Origin: an uncultured archaeon
GTDB taxonomy: Archaea; Thermoproteota; Nitrososphaeria; Nitrososphaerales; Gagatemarchaeaceae
Length of the DNA: 64,000 nt
Assembly: GCA_963817525.1 (NCBI GenBank)
Contig: CAWFOU010000007.1
Span: 480,001-544,000 of the forward strand
Reading direction: 5' to 3'
The notes under the pieces were generated by a model. The model made no database searches, was not told the origin of the DNA, and saw nothing but the letters and a program-made list of their open reading frames with translations. Positions 36,788 through 46,443 of the stretch are shown in pieces. Both the position numbers and the translations under genes were made by a program. How positions within the stretch are numbered: position 1 is the first letter of the stretch; every line of letters starts with the position of its first letter.

Positions 36788-38623
36788 ATGAAGTTCTGTC
36801 CCAAGTGCGGCAAGCGCCTCAGGCTCCTGACTGGAAAGTTCCGCGGCCAGGCGTTCTGCCCCGAGTGCGGCACCCGAGTGAGCGCGGCCGAGATGCTCGA
36901 GGCGCCTCAGGTGGAGGCCGTGAGGACGCCGCTCGTGCGGTCGTTCCCCTACGGCGCGATGAGGCCGTACCAGAAGGACGTCCTGGAGAAGATCGAGGCG
37001 GCGCTGGGCTCCGGGAAGAAGTTCATCATCCTCGAGGCGCCGGTGGGGTTCGGCAAGTCGGCGGTCGCGGCCGCTCTCTGCCGCCACCTCAGGTCGGCCT
37101 ACGTCCTCACCTCGACGAAGCAGCTCCAGGAGCAGTACTCCGCAGACTTTGGGTTCACCACAGTGATGGGCAAGTCGAACTTCACGTGCCTAGTCCCCAC
37201 CAGCTCCGGGAGGCTGGTGGCGTGCAGCAAGGGGAGGTGCGAGGCCGACTGGAGCCTCTCCGACTGCCCGCACTACCTGTCCTTCGACCAGTACGAGGCC
37301 CACCTCAAGGGGCTGTGCGATAAGAGGGAATCCAAGTGCGAGAAGGACTATAGGACCGCCGGGGAGGGGAAGCTCTGCACCTACTACAAGCAAAAGTGGG
37401 ACTCGTTCAGGCAGAAGGTCACCGTAGGCAACTACGCCTTCTTCTTCAGCGAGCTTAGGTTCACCGAGGACGTCAGGAAGAGGAAGCTGCTGGTCTGCGA
37501 CGAGGCGCACGACCTGGAGAGGCAGCTCGTCGGCTCCGCCTCCTTCACGCTGAAGGCGTCCACCATACGCCAGTACCCCTCGGGCGCGGAAAAGGAGTTC
37601 GCAATCCCCTACGAGGAGGGGATGGACACGCACGCCGAGGATTGGCTCAAGGCCCTCGGCGCGGCGAAGGACACGCTGCAGGGCTACTATGACGCTCACG
37701 ACGGCGACCTCACGATGCAAGACAGGCTCACCTCGTGCAGGGGGATGCTCGAGTCCCTGGAGGGGTTCATCGACGCGCTCAAGTCCGACCAGGAGAACTG
37801 GGTGGTTTGCGACATGAGGAGGTCGACCACCATGGACGCCTACGGGGGAGGTTCGACGCTGGTGGACGAGGTCGTCTTCCAGCCGTTGGACGTCTCGGCC
37901 TACACCTCGCAGCTCTTCGACGCCGCCGAGACGGTGCTCTTGATGTCGGCGACGGTCTTCTCGGATCAGCTCCTTTGCAGGACGCTGGGGATACCTGAGG
38001 AGAGGGCCCACTTCATCAGGGTCTCCGAGTCCTCGTTCCCCGTCGAGAACAGGAGGATCCATCCGATGGACGTCGCGCAGCTCAGCTGGGCGACCATGAA
38101 CTCCTCGATGGACGGCATCGCGAAGGCCGTCGACGAGGTGATGGACAGGCACGCGGGCGAGAGGGGCGTCGTCCATACCACATCCTACCAGCAGGCCAAC
38201 TACATCATCGAGCACGTCTCCGAACACAACAGGGGACGGCTCGTCACCACTGAGGGGAGCGCGGCGAGGTCCGAGCTGCTTCACGCCCACGGGGCGACGG
38301 AGGCCTCGGTGCTCATCTCGCCGAGCCTCTACCAGGGGGTCGACCTGAAGGACGACCTAGCGAGGTTCCAGGTGATCGTGAAGGTCCCCTTCTCCGACCT
38401 CTCCGACAGGAGGACCCAGGTCAAGATGCACAGGGACAGGGGCTGGTACGATTATCAGACCGCGGTGCGTCTAGTGCAGACCTACGGAAGGCCTGTGAGA
38501 AGCGAGACCGACCATGCGGAAACCTATATCCTCGACTCGAACTTCACAAGCTTCGTCAAGGCACACCGGGAGATGTTCCCGCAGTACTTCCTGGACGCGC
38601 TCTCCGACCCAGGAATGCCCTAG
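36788..38623 (+). CDS. DinG/XPD-family SF2 DNA helicase with N-terminal zinc ribbon
   Basis: RPYQ, EAPVGFGKS, Cys-rich Fe-S region, DEAH, MSAT, QGVD, QTYGRPVRSETD. Confidence 0.9.
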   Translation: MKFCPKCGKRLRLLTGKFRGQAFCPECGTRVSAAEMLEAPQVEAVRTPLVRSFPYGAMRPYQKDVLEKIEAALGSGKKFIILEAPVGFGKSAVAAALCRHLRSAYVLTSTKQLQEQYSADFGFTTVMGKSNFTCLVPTSSGRLVACSKGRCEADWSLSDCPHYLSFDQYEAHLKGLCDKRESKCEKDYRTAGEGKLCTYYKQKWDSFRQKVTVGNYAFFFSELRFTEDVRKRKLLVCDEAHDLERQLVGSASFTLKASTIRQYPSGAEKEFAIPYEEGMDTHAEDWLKALGAAKDTLQGYYDAHDGDLTMQDRLTSCRGMLESLEGFIDALKSDQENWVVCDMRRSTTMDAYGGGSTLVDEVVFQPLDVSAYTSQLFDAAETVLLMSATVFSDQLLCRTLGIPEERAHFIRVSESSFPVENRRIHPMDVAQLSWATMNSSMDGIAKAVDEVMDRHAGERGVVHTTSYQQANYIIEHVSEHNRGRLVTTEGSAARSELLHAHGATEASVLISPSLYQGVDLKDDLARFQVIVKVPFSDLSDRRTQVKMHRDRGWYDYQTAVRLVQTYGRPVRSETDHAETYILDSNFTSFVKAHREMFPQYFLDALSDPGMP

Positions 38624-39018
38624 CTTTCGGAGGGCCACATCTTTCTTCTGAGGTCGATTATGCCTTAGCTGTCTTGCGTATTCTGGGAATGATTCAGGGT
38701 CCCTGTACCACGCTCTCGGCAACCTCTTCCTGTACGCAGCTTCAACGTTTGCGAGAAACAGGCGCAGGTCTTCGTCTGACATTTCCGCTACCTCTCACGG
38801 CTCTATCCACCCTTTCCTCATACCATTTCATGGGCTTCTTCAGCGCATCCTTGAGTAGCCTTTCGAACTCCTCGTCTTCCGGAATGCTGACTGTCAAGTT
38901 CTGCCTCTTCTCATTGATGCACGAGGAGCTAGATAAACGCCTTCATCGAGACCTAATGCTACGACTATGGGACGTCCGCGCCGTAGGATGCGCCCTCCTA
39001 GCGATGATCTCTTCCGAA

Positions 39019-39294
39019 TCAGGCCTCGATCATCGGGACGTGCATCGGCGCTCTCACATCTTTCAGCACGACCGAGATGGCTGTGGCCCTTATCCCTTCG
39101 ATGCTCCTGATCTTTTCCCTGAGGATCTCCCCGAACTCCGCGCTGTCGGCGGCCGAGATTAGCGCCACTACGTCAAACTCCCCCGTGACCTCGAAAAGAG
39201 CCTCCAGGTTGTCGAGCTTGCTGAGCGCGCGCTCGACGGCGTCGAGGCGTGTTGACTCTGCGAAAATCTGTACGAGCGCGGTGAAGCGAGCCAA
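39019..39294 (-). CDS. Lrp/AsnC ligand-binding domain protein
   Basis: LFEVTGEFDVV...IRSIEGIRAT...VLK. Confidence 0.85.
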   Translation of the reverse strand: MARFTALVQIFAESTRLDAVERALSKLDNLEALFEVTGEFDVVALISAADSAEFGEILREKIRSIEGIRATAISVVLKDVRAPMHVPMIEA

Positions 39295-39428
39295 TCGATC
39301 TCCTCGACGGCTCTCAACCCACGATATCGGGTATTACGCCTGGCAATCGAAATTGTTTCTCCTGTGGGTCAGGAGCATTACATCTGTTTGGATTCGCTTC
39401 AGCCGGTCCAGGACCCGGGGGTAGCGTG

Positions 39429-40169
39429 CTAGGCGTTCACGGTGGCGGTCCCGTCCGCGGCTATCGTGAACTGGACGGCCACCAGAGCACCCCACTCGTC
39501 GCCTGCGACGGCCGTGTAGGTGCCAGGCGGCAGGGGCGCGGGCGAGGAGAGCATGCTGCCTCCGCCCGAGTAGAGGCCCGTCGCGTTCACCATGGAGAGC
39601 ATCTCTGTGGCGTTCCCGCTGCCGGGGAGGATGAGGGCCATGTCGCTCGCCGGCTGGAAGAGGTAGCCCGTCACCAGCCTAATGAACATGGGGCAGGGGA
39701 CGATTGGATAGATCTGGAGTGGCTGGGCGAGGGACAGGTTAGCGGCCGAGTACGCCCCGCTGTAGAGCGCCACCCCGTACGGCGAGGCGAACCTCCCGCA
39801 AGAGCCGAGGGAGAGGCCGTCGAGCGCGAACTCCGTGGATGCGGAGGCGTTGTTGGCCTTGGGGAGAGTGTTGTACTCGTCCGCGACCATGCTGACCATC
39901 ACGCTGCCGTTGGCCCCGTCCCCGGGGTAGAACCTGAGCGCCAGCTGGACCTGGAGGCCGTTGGGGTCGGTCGAGTTGAAAGTCCCCGAGCCTGTCGCGT
40001 TAATCGCGAAAGTGCTGGAGATGCTGCTAGCGGAGGCGCTCGTCGTGGTCTGCGTCGCCGTCCCCTGGAGTCCGCCCTGCTGGCTCGCGAGGATCCCCGA
40101 GACCACTATGACCACGATGACCACGGTCGCCGCGAAGGCAGAGCTCGCTTTCAACCTCGTTCGACCCAC
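39429..40169 (-). CDS. membrane-anchored extracellular protein (paralog of 8974-10095)
   Basis: TM, Thr/Ser linker, DEYNTL...NN, GTYTAVAGDEWG. Confidence 0.7.
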   Translation of the reverse strand: MGRTRLKASSAFAATVVIVVIVVSGILASQQGGLQGTATQTTTSASASSISSTFAINATGSGTFNSTDPNGLQVQLALRFYPGDGANGSVMVSMVADEYNTLPKANNASASTEFALDGLSLGSCGRFASPYGVALYSGAYSAANLSLAQPLQIYPIVPCPMFIRLVTGYLFQPASDMALILPGSGNATEMLSMVNATGLYSGGGSMLSSPAPLPPGTYTAVAGDEWGALVAVQFTIAADGTATVNA

Positions 40170-40250
40170 AGTGGGATGGGCGGGGTAATAATCCTAGAGG
40201 GCAGAACGGCCTGTTCTGCTAAAATATCGCAGGTCCCAGCGTGCCGCGAC

Positions 40251-40670
40251 ATGCCCGCGAAAGTGGTGACGACGAGCTTCGAGGTCGAGACCGAGCTAGA
40301 GAACCAGATGGTCGACATCACGAAGAAGGTCAGGGAGGCCGCGTCGGCCCTCTCAGACGGGCTGGCGACCGTGTTCGTCGTCGGCTCCACGGCGGCGGTC
40401 GTCACGATGGAGTGCGAGCCCGGGCTCGTCATGGACTTCCCCGCCATGCTGGAGCGGGTCGCCCCGAAGGACGTCGGCTACGAGCACCATCGCAAGTGGC
40501 ACGACGCGAACGGGTATTCGCACGTGAAGGCCTCGCTCCTCGGGCCGAGCCTGTCGATCCCCATTGTGGGCGGGGAGCTCGTCCTGGGAGAGTGGCAGCA
40601 GGTGGTGCTCGTGGAGCTCGACATCAGGCCGCGCACCCGGAAGGTCGTCGTCCAGCTCATCGGGGAGTAG
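40251..40670 (+). CDS. yjbQ: YjbQ/UPF0047 family protein
   Basis: DIT, GSTAA...E, NGYSHVKASLLGPS, LGEWQQV...E.D..PR.R. Confidence 0.9.
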   Translation: MPAKVVTTSFEVETELENQMVDITKKVREAASALSDGLATVFVVGSTAAVVTMECEPGLVMDFPAMLERVAPKDVGYEHHRKWHDANGYSHVKASLLGPSLSIPIVGGELVLGEWQQVVLVELDIRPRTRKVVVQLIGE

Positions 40671-40862
40671 CTCCTGGTCGATGCGCCGAATTCCGGAGAT
40701 TGCATAAAGAAACGGGCCCCTCACGAAGGTAGTTCTATAATCTCAGTCGACGTGAACAGGGCATTGAGCCTGCCAGCCCGCGAAGGGTCTCAGACCGCGA
40801 GCCTTTCCGACGTTGTCGGTGGTGTCAGACGAGGGCGGCTTGCCAAGTGAGAATCGAGGAGG

Positions 40863-41204
40863 ATGCGAAGCGCAGACCAGCTGTTCGAGCAGGCTGGGAA
40901 AGTTGCAGGCTACCCGGAGTGCGTCGTGAAACAGGGAAACGGAGTGACGTATCGCGAAATCAAGACGAGCGCCAGCGTCCAGAAGGGGTCGACCAGGTAC
41001 CTGAAGTCGTTCTCGTTCTCATCAGGTAAGAAGATAAAGTGGGACGCCAGGCATCTTCTTTTGGAGGAGCAGCTTGAAGAAGAAGACAACAGGGTATGGA
41101 AGGTAGTGGCGTGTGAGATGCGCTACCTCTCAACCGAGTTCAACGTGAGGTTCAGTGACCTCGTTGGCGTGCGGCTCTTCGGCTCCTCGGACGCCGTTGG
41201 CTGA
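40863..41204 (+). CDS. hypothetical protein
   Basis: 113 aa; strong SD GAGGAGG upstream. Confidence 0.55.
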   Translation: MRSADQLFEQAGKVAGYPECVVKQGNGVTYREIKTSASVQKGSTRYLKSFSFSSGKKIKWDARHLLLEEQLEEEDNRVWKVVACEMRYLSTEFNVRFSDLVGVRLFGSSDAVG

Positions 41205-41208
41205 GACT

Positions 41209-42396
41209 ATGGAGGACATGAAGAGATCTGAATCTCCGAGGCGGAGGCTCAACCGGGAGCTCGTACGGATGGCGCACTGCCTCGCGGAGGTAGGGCCCAG
41301 CGTCAACGAGATCGCCAGACGCACCGGGCAGTACAAAGAGACGGTGCGCTACAGGTACCACAGGTTCTTCCTGGATAAGGGCATCACAATCCAGGCAGTC
41401 CCAAGCTATACCAAGCTCGGGTTCAAGAGGCTCATAATCATAGCGAAGCTCGCCCGTTCCTCGGAAGCCAACGCGGAATCGATCTTCATGGAGCTGTGCG
41501 AGTATTGCTATCTTCACAGCTTCACTCGCGTCCTGCTCACGGGCCGGTACGTCATCCACGTCGCAGTGCCGTCAGAGCTAGCTGGGAGGTGCTCCGCGGT
41601 CTATCGGAGTCTGCAAGAATCAGGGTTGTTCACGGAAATGGAGATCCTGGAGTTCGACGAGATGAGGAATCCGCCTATGAAACCAGAGCTGTTCGACTTT
41701 GTCCGGGGGACGTGGTCGTTCGACTGGGATTCGGTCCGCGCCAATGACCTGGAGCTGCCGGTGAGCGTCAGGCCGAAGGTCGAGAGATACGACAGGGTCG
41801 ACCTGCTAATCTTGAAGGAGCTCGACATCGACGCGAGCAGGACACTGGTGAAAATGGCGGAAAACGTGAAGGTGAGCTTGAACGCACTAGAGTTTCACTA
41901 TCGCGACCACGTCAATGCCCGGGGCCTGATCAAGGGCTATCGGCTGGTCTGGCAGGGGACCAAGTACGACCGGGAGCAAAGGAAGGTCATCTCTAGGAAG
42001 GAGTTCTACATAGAGCTCACAATCCTCCTAAAGGGCGGCACGCGTGAGGAGGTCGTCGAGCTAATGTTGCTCCTCAACAAGACGCCGTTCCTTTGGAGCG
42101 AGGCCCATGGAGCGTCGTATTGTGCCGAGGTCTTCCTCCCCCACTACGCCTACGAGGGGTTTCTGGAATACATGGACGAGTTCGCCACGAGTGCGGGAGA
42201 GAAGCTGAGCATCTTCGTAATGGACCAGAGCCGCGCGATGAGGTTCGTATTACAATACGACCTCTTCGACGCCGTGTCGAGAAAATGGCTCCTGGACCCG
42301 CACGCGATTCCGAAGGCGTTGGAGAGCCTGGCCGCCACTACCGGCAAGGAGAGGCGCCCAGGGGAGAATGAATCCAAGAAGCTCCTTAACTCTTAA
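41209..42396 (+). CDS. tandem HTH/Lrp-like archaeal transcriptional regulator
   Basis: SVNEIARRTGQYKETVRY and DRVDLLILKELDIDASRTLVKMA; two HTH+RAM-like halves. Confidence 0.75.
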   Translation: MEDMKRSESPRRRLNRELVRMAHCLAEVGPSVNEIARRTGQYKETVRYRYHRFFLDKGITIQAVPSYTKLGFKRLIIIAKLARSSEANAESIFMELCEYCYLHSFTRVLLTGRYVIHVAVPSELAGRCSAVYRSLQESGLFTEMEILEFDEMRNPPMKPELFDFVRGTWSFDWDSVRANDLELPVSVRPKVERYDRVDLLILKELDIDASRTLVKMAENVKVSLNALEFHYRDHVNARGLIKGYRLVWQGTKYDREQRKVISRKEFYIELTILLKGGTREEVVELMLLLNKTPFLWSEAHGASYCAEVFLPHYAYEGFLEYMDEFATSAGEKLSIFVMDQSRAMRFVLQYDLFDAVSRKWLLDPHAIPKALESLAATTGKERRPGENESKKLLNS

Positions 42397-42421
42397 ATTC
42401 CTTCGAGAAGCCTTCGACCTC

Positions 42422-42970
42422 ATGGACTCACCGCTCGCAGGGAAGCGAATCGCTGTGCTGGCGGAGAACATGTACGAGGATTTGGAGCTTTGGTACCCGG
42501 TAATTCGCCTTAGGGAGGCCGGCGCGGAGGTCTCCGTCGTGGCGCCGACGGCGGGCGCGACCTACAAGAGCAAGCACGGGCTAGAGGTAAAGGCCGACCT
42601 GGCTGCCGAGGCAACAAAGGCGAAGCAATTCGACGCGGTGGTGATCCCTGGGGGGTTCGCCCCGGACTACATGAGGCGATCAGAGGCTATGGTCAAGTTC
42701 GTGAAGGACGCGAATGACGAGGGTAAGGTCGTCGCGGCGATTTGCCATGCGGGGTCGATGCTTGTCTCGGCGAAGGTGCTGAAAGGGAAGACCGTCACCT
42801 GCTACAAGTCGATAAAGGACGACGTTGTCAACGCGGGAGGGAACTACGTGGACAAGGCCGTCGTGAGGGACGGCCAGCTCATCACCTCGAGGGTCCCTGA
42901 CGACCTCCCCGCGTTCTGCGCTGAGATAATAGCGACTCTTTCGACGAAACCCCAGACTCGCTCTCGATGA
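42422..42970 (+). CDS. pfpI: PfpI/DJ-1 family protease/deglycase
   Basis: YEDLELWYP, VIPGGFAPD, AAICHA, ITSRVPDDL. Confidence 0.9.
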   Translation: MDSPLAGKRIAVLAENMYEDLELWYPVIRLREAGAEVSVVAPTAGATYKSKHGLEVKADLAAEATKAKQFDAVVIPGGFAPDYMRRSEAMVKFVKDANDEGKVVAAICHAGSMLVSAKVLKGKTVTCYKSIKDDVVNAGGNYVDKAVVRDGQLITSRVPDDLPAFCAEIIATLSTKPQTRSR

Positions 42971-42985
42971 TCCGAAGAGTCCGGC

Positions 42986-43387
42986 TCACGTCCGACGAGT
43001 CGGCTTGGCTGAAAGGTACTTTCCGATGATCTTCTCCGCCGAGGGCGTCAAACTCGGGCCCGAGCCGTCGTAATACGCGACGCCCTTGACCTCCTGCCCC
43101 GGTTTCGGGGCTCCCGTCGCCGTCACGAGAAACACCTCGTGGGCGTTCCTGAAGGTCCCTCCTTTGGGGCCCGTGTGAACCCCTCCAGCGAACTCGAAGA
43201 GGCGGATCAGCTTGACGGCCTTCATGCCCGTCTCCTCCATGAGCTCTCGAATCGCGGCGCCGCGCCTGCTCTCGTTCAACTTCGCGCCTCCCCCGGGAAG
43301 GGTGAAGACGTTGCCGTCCAGGCTAACGACGAGGATGCCTTTCGAGGTGTCGACGATGGCCGTGCCTCTCCTTCTCCTATAGACCAC
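42986..43387 (-). CDS. NUDIX hydrolase
   Basis: LPGGG...ES...AAIRELMEETG Nudix box. Confidence 0.9.
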   Translation of the reverse strand: MVYRRRRGTAIVDTSKGILVVSLDGNVFTLPGGGAKLNESRRGAAIRELMEETGMKAVKLIRLFEFAGGVHTGPKGGTFRNAHEVFLVTATGAPKPGQEVKGVAYYDGSGPSLTPSAEKIIGKYLSAKPTRRT

Positions 43388-43481
43388 TGGTTGCCCACTC
43401 GATGCTCACCGAATATAAATTGAGAGTAGCTTGCTGTGGTGCCGTTAGCGTCCGTAAATGGTCAGAAGGCGCTGAGCAGCG

Positions 43482-43955
43482 TCACACGGCGGCGGCTCTG
43501 GACGCAATGATTGCCATAGTCTTGGCCAGGCGCGCCTTCCTTCCCTCGAGGCTATCCGTGTGCGCCTTTAGGGCCGCGACCTTCGCCTCCATGACAAGAA
43601 GCTCCCCTTCCTTCCTCGACCTCTCGATCTCGGCGCTCAGGCTCTGCGACCTCCTCGCCATCGTGTCGAACAGCCCCTGCATCTCGGAGTTGATGCGCTG
43701 GGCTTCCTCGAGGTCTGCCAGGAGGGCTGAGAGCTTATTGTCGCCGACCAGCATGTAGTTGCGCCTTCCCCTCACGGCGGGAATGTCCGCCCCGCATCGC
43801 TTGCAGCTCATCAGGTCGACTATCACTGGCGACGAGGCAGTGCCCAAGATAGGCTCGCTCGCCGTCTTGAATGAGCTACCCTCGGCGAAGCTGTCCCCGT
43901 TGCAGTTGGGGCACAGCAAGGCGGCTGGGCGCCTCGGTGGCGCCGTCTGGGGCAA
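43482..43955 (-). CDS. zinc-finger + coiled-coil protein
   Basis: CPNC...CKRCG then heptad repeats. Confidence 0.65.
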   Translation of the reverse strand: MPQTAPPRRPAALLCPNCNGDSFAEGSSFKTASEPILGTASSPVIVDLMSCKRCGADIPAVRGRRNYMLVGDNKLSALLADLEEAQRINSEMQGLFDTMARRSQSLSAEIERSRKEGELLVMEAKVAALKAHTDSLEGRKARLAKTMAIIASRAAAV

Positions 43956-43981
43956 GCGAATGACCGCGTCCCTGTGGCGTC

Positions 43982-44245
43982 CTAGTTGGACGGGACGGGG
44001 GAAGCGGCTTCGTCGTGCTCGAGCGCGGGCTTGCCTTCCGCCAGCGTCCGGAGCATGTCCCTGACCAGACTGAGGGAGTTGTTGTTCGACTCTAGGAGTG
44101 CCGCGTACCTCGACAACTCCAGGATTGGGATCTGCTCTACGAGCTCGGAAATCTCGTTCTCTAACGACGACTTCTTCTGCTCCAGGTCTCCCAGCCGTGC
44201 CTCAATCTCCTCTCTCCTTCCTTGCGTCTCGCTCATGGTTTCCAT
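43982..44245 (-). CDS. small coiled-coil protein
   Basis: Heptads IEARLGDLEQKKSSLENEISEL. Confidence 0.55.
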   Translation of the reverse strand: METMSETQGRREEIEARLGDLEQKKSSLENEISELVEQIPILELSRYAALLESNNNSLSLVRDMLRTLAEGKPALEHDEAASPVPSN

Positions 44246-44373
44246 GAGCCTTCCCGCGCCGTGCGAGTATGTTTGGCACACCGCCCAAATCAGTTGAGCC
44301 GCTGGTGAACTTTGGTGGACGAGCCTACGATTGGTCGTAAACTCTTAACTAAGACAGGGCTGTAAAATCGCAC

Positions 44374-44688
44374 ATGAGTGGTGAGGAGTTCAAGTCCAAG
44401 GCCAAGCAGACCGCCAAGAGCGCAGGCGAGCTTCTCGACGCGGTGGAGAAGGCCGCGCGCGCCCGGCTCTCGAAGGAGGCTCCGAAGGTCGTGAACGCCC
44501 TCGACAGCTCGTTCGACAAGGCTTCGAAGACCCTGGCGGACACGCTGAAGACGATCGACAAGAGCACCGCGAAGGAGCAGGCCGAGCTTCTGAAGGCCTA
44601 CAAGTCCTTCCTGGACAAGCAGGCCGAGATCATCGAGAAGCGGATGGCCTCGATGAGGGACAAGGAACCAAAGTCCGAGAGCGGCTAG
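44374..44688 (+). CDS. small amphipathic helical, Lys/Ala-rich protein
   Basis: 104 aa, host codon bias. Confidence 0.6.
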   Translation: MSGEEFKSKAKQTAKSAGELLDAVEKAARARLSKEAPKVVNALDSSFDKASKTLADTLKTIDKSTAKEQAELLKAYKSFLDKQAEIIEKRMASMRDKEPKSESG

Positions 44689-44709
44689 GGCCGCCTCGAC
44701 GAGCTTTGA

Positions 44710-46200
44710 CTAGGCGGTGGTAGCAGAGTCGCCGGACGCGGCGACCGTTATCTCGGGCGCCCCCTGTTGCGCAGCGTTCTCGATTGCGTCCTTTGCCACG
44801 GAGGATACCGCCTGCGCTGGAGCCTCGACCGCGACGGCCTCGCCGATTGCCGCGTCAGCGCCGCGCGCCTCCTGTGTCTGCGAGCTGATCTCTGCTAGCT
44901 GGGAAGCGACCTCACGGATTTCTGGGACAGCAGTCTCTGTTGCGACTGGCGCGGAAATCGACTCGGCGATCGGCGCGTCCGCCTGGACGATGGGCTCCGT
45001 TGCCTCTGGAATCGACTGCTCGCTGACGGCCGTCGCCACCACCTCGATTGGAATCTCGGCTGCGGGTGCCACCGTTATGATTTCTGGCTCTGGGGTTGCG
45101 ATTGTCTCCGCGACTTGCGCCGGGGTCTCTGGCGCTGCGATTTCGATGCCCTCCGCCGTCGCGACTACGACCTCTGCGATGGGCTCCGGCGCGGAGATCT
45201 CGCTGGGCGCTGTCACCTCGGCAGCGACTTCGATGACGGGCTCTGGTGCACCGATTACCGCTTCGGGCTGTACCTCCACAGTTGCCGGCACCACGGGCTC
45301 GGGCGCAGCGACCTCGATGGCCTCGACCTCGACGGTCTGGACTTCGACCGCTGGAGCGGCTGGCTCTGCCACCGTTGCCTCAGCCTGCGCCTCTGTCCTG
45401 GCCTCCTCCGGCTGGACGGCGCCTCCCGTCACCGCCTCGGCGAGGGAGACGACCCTTGAGACGAGCTCGTCGTAGACCGACTGGGGGACGTGCTCCGCCA
45501 GCCTGCTCTCGAGCTCCTTCACCCTCATCTCGCTGGAGACGAGCTGCTCTCTCGGCGCCATCGTGTACATGGCGCCCTCGAGCTCCTCGACCTTCTGCTT
45601 GATCGCGATGTAGTCAGACGCCGGGACCATCTCGGCCAGCTGCCTTGTGGCCTCGTCGAACCTCTCCTTTAGGGAGTTGTAGTCGGAAGCCGGGATCATC
45701 GTGCCAATCTGGCGCGAGACCTCGTTGAACCTCGCCTCTAGGGAGTTGTAGTCGAACCTCCTGACCATCCCGCGCTTGTCCTCCTCGAGGTCCCTGATCT
45801 TGGAGAGGGCCTGGAGGTGCACGTTGGACGGGACCGTGCCCTGGGCGATCTTCGTCGCGATGGCGTCGAGGATCTTGCCCTGGGAGGTGAGCGCCTTGCC
45901 GCTCGTGGAGGCGTCGTCCTCTATCGAGTCGAGGATCTTGCCCTGGGAGTTTGCGGTCTTGCCGAGGGAGGCGATGAGGTCCTCCACCCCGGAGATCTGC
46001 TTGTTGATCGCTATCGTCTTCTGGTTCTCGAGCCTGGAGCGGTCCAGATCCCTCTCAAGGGAGTCTATCTGTTTCTCCAGCTTCGAGGTAATCTCGTGGT
46101 GCTCCTTCTTGGACACCGACTGCCTCAGCTGAACCTCAAGAGTCTTGCACCTCAGCGCAAGCTTCTTCGCGTCGTCGACCTGGGTCTCTACCTTGCTCAT
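44710..46200 (-). CDS. coiled-coil repeat protein with a long Ala/Glu/Pro/Val-rich tail
   Basis: ~23-aa repeats (MIPASDYNSLKERFDEATRQLAE / MVPASDYIAIKQKVEELEGAMYT); low-complexity acidic C-terminal half. Confidence 0.75.
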   Translation of the reverse strand: MSKVETQVDDAKKLALRCKTLEVQLRQSVSKKEHHEITSKLEKQIDSLERDLDRSRLENQKTIAINKQISGVEDLIASLGKTANSQGKILDSIEDDASTSGKALTSQGKILDAIATKIAQGTVPSNVHLQALSKIRDLEEDKRGMVRRFDYNSLEARFNEVSRQIGTMIPASDYNSLKERFDEATRQLAEMVPASDYIAIKQKVEELEGAMYTMAPREQLVSSEMRVKELESRLAEHVPQSVYDELVSRVVSLAEAVTGGAVQPEEARTEAQAEATVAEPAAPAVEVQTVEVEAIEVAAPEPVVPATVEVQPEAVIGAPEPVIEVAAEVTAPSEISAPEPIAEVVVATAEGIEIAAPETPAQVAETIATPEPEIITVAPAAEIPIEVVATAVSEQSIPEATEPIVQADAPIAESISAPVATETAVPEIREVASQLAEISSQTQEARGADAAIGEAVAVEAPAQAVSSVAKDAIENAAQQGAPEITVAASGDSATTA

Positions 46201-46361
46201 GTCAGTAATCGAGATGAAATCGCGCGCTTCGCTGATATCGCGCTAAGTCAATACGATTTTACCTAGACATGAACTCTTGTGAGTGTTGCTGCCGGGGCGC
46301 GGGCGTTCCGCTTGCGCCTCTTGAAAGAGGCGTCGAAGGTGAAGGGGCGCCAGGTGTAAGC

Positions 46362-46402
46362 CTTCTCAGGCAGAGCGTGGGAGAACGTCCTCTGCCTAGA
46401 AG
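46362..46402. other. intergenic stem-loop (terminator or structured RNA)
   Basis: CTTCTcAGGCAGAG...CTCTGCCTAGAAG inverted repeat with inner CGT/ACG pairing. Confidence 0.5.
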
Positions 46403-46443
46403 CGGTAGTCTCATCGGTGTAAAGGCTTGAGAAAAAGTCCGGC

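Noticed and set aside
38624-38930. Small minus-strand ORFs after the DinG helicase
   Set aside because: No recognisable motifs, unclear starts and overlap with the helicase; not supportable
40759-40795. Fluoride riboswitch
   Set aside because: Similar topology, but it lacks the conserved GAUG and CUGAUG nucleotides and there is no crcB/eriC downstream
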